DNA of 64,000 bases from Acutalibacteraceae bacterium (GTDB lineage Bacteria > Bacillota > Clostridia > Oscillospirales > Acutalibacteraceae): assembly GCA_045537815.1 (NCBI GenBank), contig JAZSQD010000127.1, forward strand, positions 28,949-92,948. Reading direction: 5' to 3'. Shown here piece after piece: positions 61,868-64,000 of the stretch. Under the pieces are notes generated by a model. The model was not told where the DNA came from. It saw only the letters and a list, made by a program, of their open reading frames with translations, and did not search any database. The position numbers were made by a program, and so were the translations under genes. Position 1 is the first letter of the stretch, and every line of letters starts with the position of its first letter.

Positions 61868-62866
61868 ATGAACACTTTTTTCGAATACCTTTATGTCCCC
61901 TTCGGTTTTCTGTTCAGAATTCTTTTTGACTTTGTTGGAAATTACGGACTTGCTCTTGTAATTTTCACACTCTTTTTCCGTGTAATTCTCCTTCCCTCTG
62001 CTGTTAAACAGCAGAAGAGTTCAGCTAAGACAGTGCGTCTTCAGCCCAAGCTCAAGCGTATCCGTGAAAAGTATCAGGACTACGCTCCCCAGGAAAGACA
62101 GCAGAGAATACAGGCGGAAACCAGTGAGCTTTATCAGAAGGAAGGCTACAGCGCCATGGGCGGCGGCTGTGCACCTCTTCTTTTCCAGCTCCCCATTCTC
62201 TGGGGTCTTTACGGCATTATCCGTATGCCCCTGACACACGTTCTCAACATTTCAAAAGAAGCAGTAACAGCTCTCACAGGCGCTCTTCAGTCTCTTCCCG
62301 AGTTTGCTGAACAGTCAGCAAGAAGCGTTGCCTATGCAGAAAGCTATGTCATCACATTCATCGACAAAATTGTTGCTGCAAACCCCGAAATCGCTGCAAC
62401 TTATGCAGACGCTGTTGCTAAAATTGAAGGCTTTGACTTCACAATTTTCGGCATCAACCTGGGTACAATCCCCGATATTGGTGTATTCAAGGCATGGGCA
62501 GCTTCAACAACAGAAGCAAAGCTTCTTGTTTTTATTCCCATAATTTCAGCTCTTACTTCTCTTCTTACAAGTGTACTTACACAGTACAGACAGAAGAAGG
62601 CTAACCCCAATATGGAAAATCAGCAGATGATGGGCTGCATGATGCTTTCAATGCCCCTTATGTCATTATGGTTTACATTCCAATTCCCTGCAGGTATGGG
62701 TATGTATTGGATTCTTTCAAACCTTCTCGCTTTCTTCCAGACTCTTATCGTGGGCCACTTCTATGCTCCGAGAAAGACTATTGCAAAGCTTATGGTTGAT
62801 GAAACAATCTACAGACGCAGCTACGAGAACACAAAGAAGGTCCGCGCTGATATAGCCGAAGACTAA
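61868..62866 (+). CDS. yidC: YidC/Oxa1-family membrane insertase
   Basis: 332 aa with LPILWGLY, the PAGMGMYW motif and five TM segments. Confidence 0.9.
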   Translation: MNTFFEYLYVPFGFLFRILFDFVGNYGLALVIFTLFFRVILLPSAVKQQKSSAKTVRLQPKLKRIREKYQDYAPQERQQRIQAETSELYQKEGYSAMGGGCAPLLFQLPILWGLYGIIRMPLTHVLNISKEAVTALTGALQSLPEFAEQSARSVAYAESYVITFIDKIVAANPEIAATYADAVAKIEGFDFTIFGINLGTIPDIGVFKAWAASTTEAKLLVFIPIISALTSLLTSVLTQYRQKKANPNMENQQMMGCMMLSMPLMSLWFTFQFPAGMGMYWILSNLLAFFQTLIVGHFYAPRKTIAKLMVDETIYRRSYENTKKVRADIAED

Positions 62867-62926
62867 ACAAAAAGAACACATCAGAAACCACGAAACTTAT
62901 ATTTATAATAAACGGTGGTGAAACTA

Positions 62927-63922
62927 ATGATACATGAAGCTATTGCAACAGGCGCTACAATAGACGAAGCTCTTGCAAATGCAAAGAAAGAGCTTGGCGC
63001 ACCTGCTGATGCCGATGTCCGCACTGAGATCATTGCTATGCCTCAGAAGAAGATTCTCGGTCTTTTCGGCGGTTCACCTGCAAAAGCAAAGGCATGGTAT
63101 GAAACACCCGATGCTCCTGCTAAGAAGCCTGCCCCCGAAAAGAAGGCTCCCAAGGCAGAAAAAGCTCCCGCACCCAAGGCCGAAAAGCCTCAGGCTGCAG
63201 AAAAGAGCTGCGATGCGCCAGAGGTTGTTACAGTACCCGCTGACGACAGACAGCCTGTTGATATAAAGAGCAGTGCTTCACTTACAAGTGCTGCAGATTA
63301 TCTTGCATCCGTTCTCAAAGGAATGGGTGTAGCAAGTCTTACTATTGATGCTTTCCGCACAGCAGAAGACGAAATTATTTTTGAGCTTGACTGCGGTGAT
63401 GACTACGGTGTTGTTATCGGCAGACGCGGCGACACTCTTGATTCAATTCAATATCTGACAAGACTTGTTGCCAACAAGCAGAAAAAAGAAAACGAGTATC
63501 TGAGAATTTCCATTAATGTAGGCAACTACAGAGAAAAGAGAAAGAATACTCTCAGAGAGCTTGCAAAGAAAAATTCCGAAAAGGTACTCAAGTACGGAAG
63601 AAACGTTACTTTTGAGCCGATGAATCCCTATGAGCGCCGTATTATCCATACAGCAGTTCAGGAAATTGAAGGCGTAACATCATATTCCGTTGGCGCAGAT
63701 GCCGGCAGACGTGTTGTTATCTCTCTTGCTGAAGGCGTAAAGCCTACACATCCCTCAAAGGGCAGCTACGGCCGTGGCAGAGGCGGTAAGGGTGGCTACA
63801 ACAAAGGCGGTAAAAACAGAGGAAACAACCGTTCATCAAACACAGTGAACGCTGCTCCCACAAGAGCGCCCAGAACTGATGCAGGTGCTGAAAAGGTTTC
63901 CCTTTACGGCAAAATCAACTAA
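62927..63922 (+). CDS. jag: Jag/KhpB RNA-binding protein (Jag_N, KH and R3H domains)
   Basis: Has MIHEAIATGATIDEALANAKKELG, GRRGDTLDSIQYL (KH) and FEPMNPYERRIIHTAV (R3H). ATG 62927 follows the SD GGTGGTGA. Confidence 0.9.
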   Translation: MIHEAIATGATIDEALANAKKELGAPADADVRTEIIAMPQKKILGLFGGSPAKAKAWYETPDAPAKKPAPEKKAPKAEKAPAPKAEKPQAAEKSCDAPEVVTVPADDRQPVDIKSSASLTSAADYLASVLKGMGVASLTIDAFRTAEDEIIFELDCGDDYGVVIGRRGDTLDSIQYLTRLVANKQKKENEYLRISINVGNYREKRKNTLRELAKKNSEKVLKYGRNVTFEPMNPYERRIIHTAVQEIEGVTSYSVGADAGRRVVISLAEGVKPTHPSKGSYGRGRGGKGGYNKGGKNRGNNRSSNTVNAAPTRAPRTDAGAEKVSLYGKIN

Positions 63923-64000
63923 GTACTGCCGATAAAGGCGCAAGAGCAACAACGCTTAGTTCAAAAAACATGAAATAGAAAAAGGGGCTGTAAAAAACCG

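Overview
This is a 64-kb chromosomal segment from a low-GC Gram-positive, Clostridia-like genome. That assignment is inferred only from gene content: a glgC/glgD pair, FemAB plus murE, and rpmH-rnpA-yidD-yidC-jag. The left 20 kb holds two tandem giant secreted-protein genes on the minus strand. The first (1-11884, at least 3961 codons) is missing from the supplied ORF track because it runs off the window; I found it by hand translation. Next come a HAD phosphatase and a decayed RayT-like (REP-associated, HUH/Y1) transposase gene. After these lies a glycogen cluster, glgB-glgC-glgD-[four-helix-bundle cassette]-glgA-glgP, followed by a membrane-anchored TIR-domain protein and an MFS transporter with a large insert. 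The remaining genes are a secreted hydrolase, Usp, ppa, tRNA-Thr, polysaccharide-type and exporter-type ABC transporters, a secreted metallophosphoesterase, femAB-murE, galT, a lipase, a two-component system, a FliB-like protein and the rpmH-jag cluster. The most unusual content is non-coding. (1) Tandem heptamer arrays (AGTAGTC, ATTAGGG, AGTAGCA) place a stop codon in every frame; they act as terminal inverted repeats of small elements and donate the stop codons of glgB and of the four-helix-bundle gene. (2) A four-helix-bundle (23S-rRNA-IVS/Avd-family) gene is flanked by 37-nt inverted repeats and sits in the glgD-glgA spacer, much like an rRNA intervening sequence but inside an mRNA operon. 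(3) GTAG-plus-palindrome REP-like hairpins have conserved flanks but completely different, still complementary stems. Two of them are embedded in frame in the RayT-like gene. (4) Beads-on-a-string arrays of 9-23-nt mini-hairpins are separated by conserved 5-9-nt spacers and mirrored around convergent gene pairs. All functional interpretations are inference from sequence reading only; no database search was possible.
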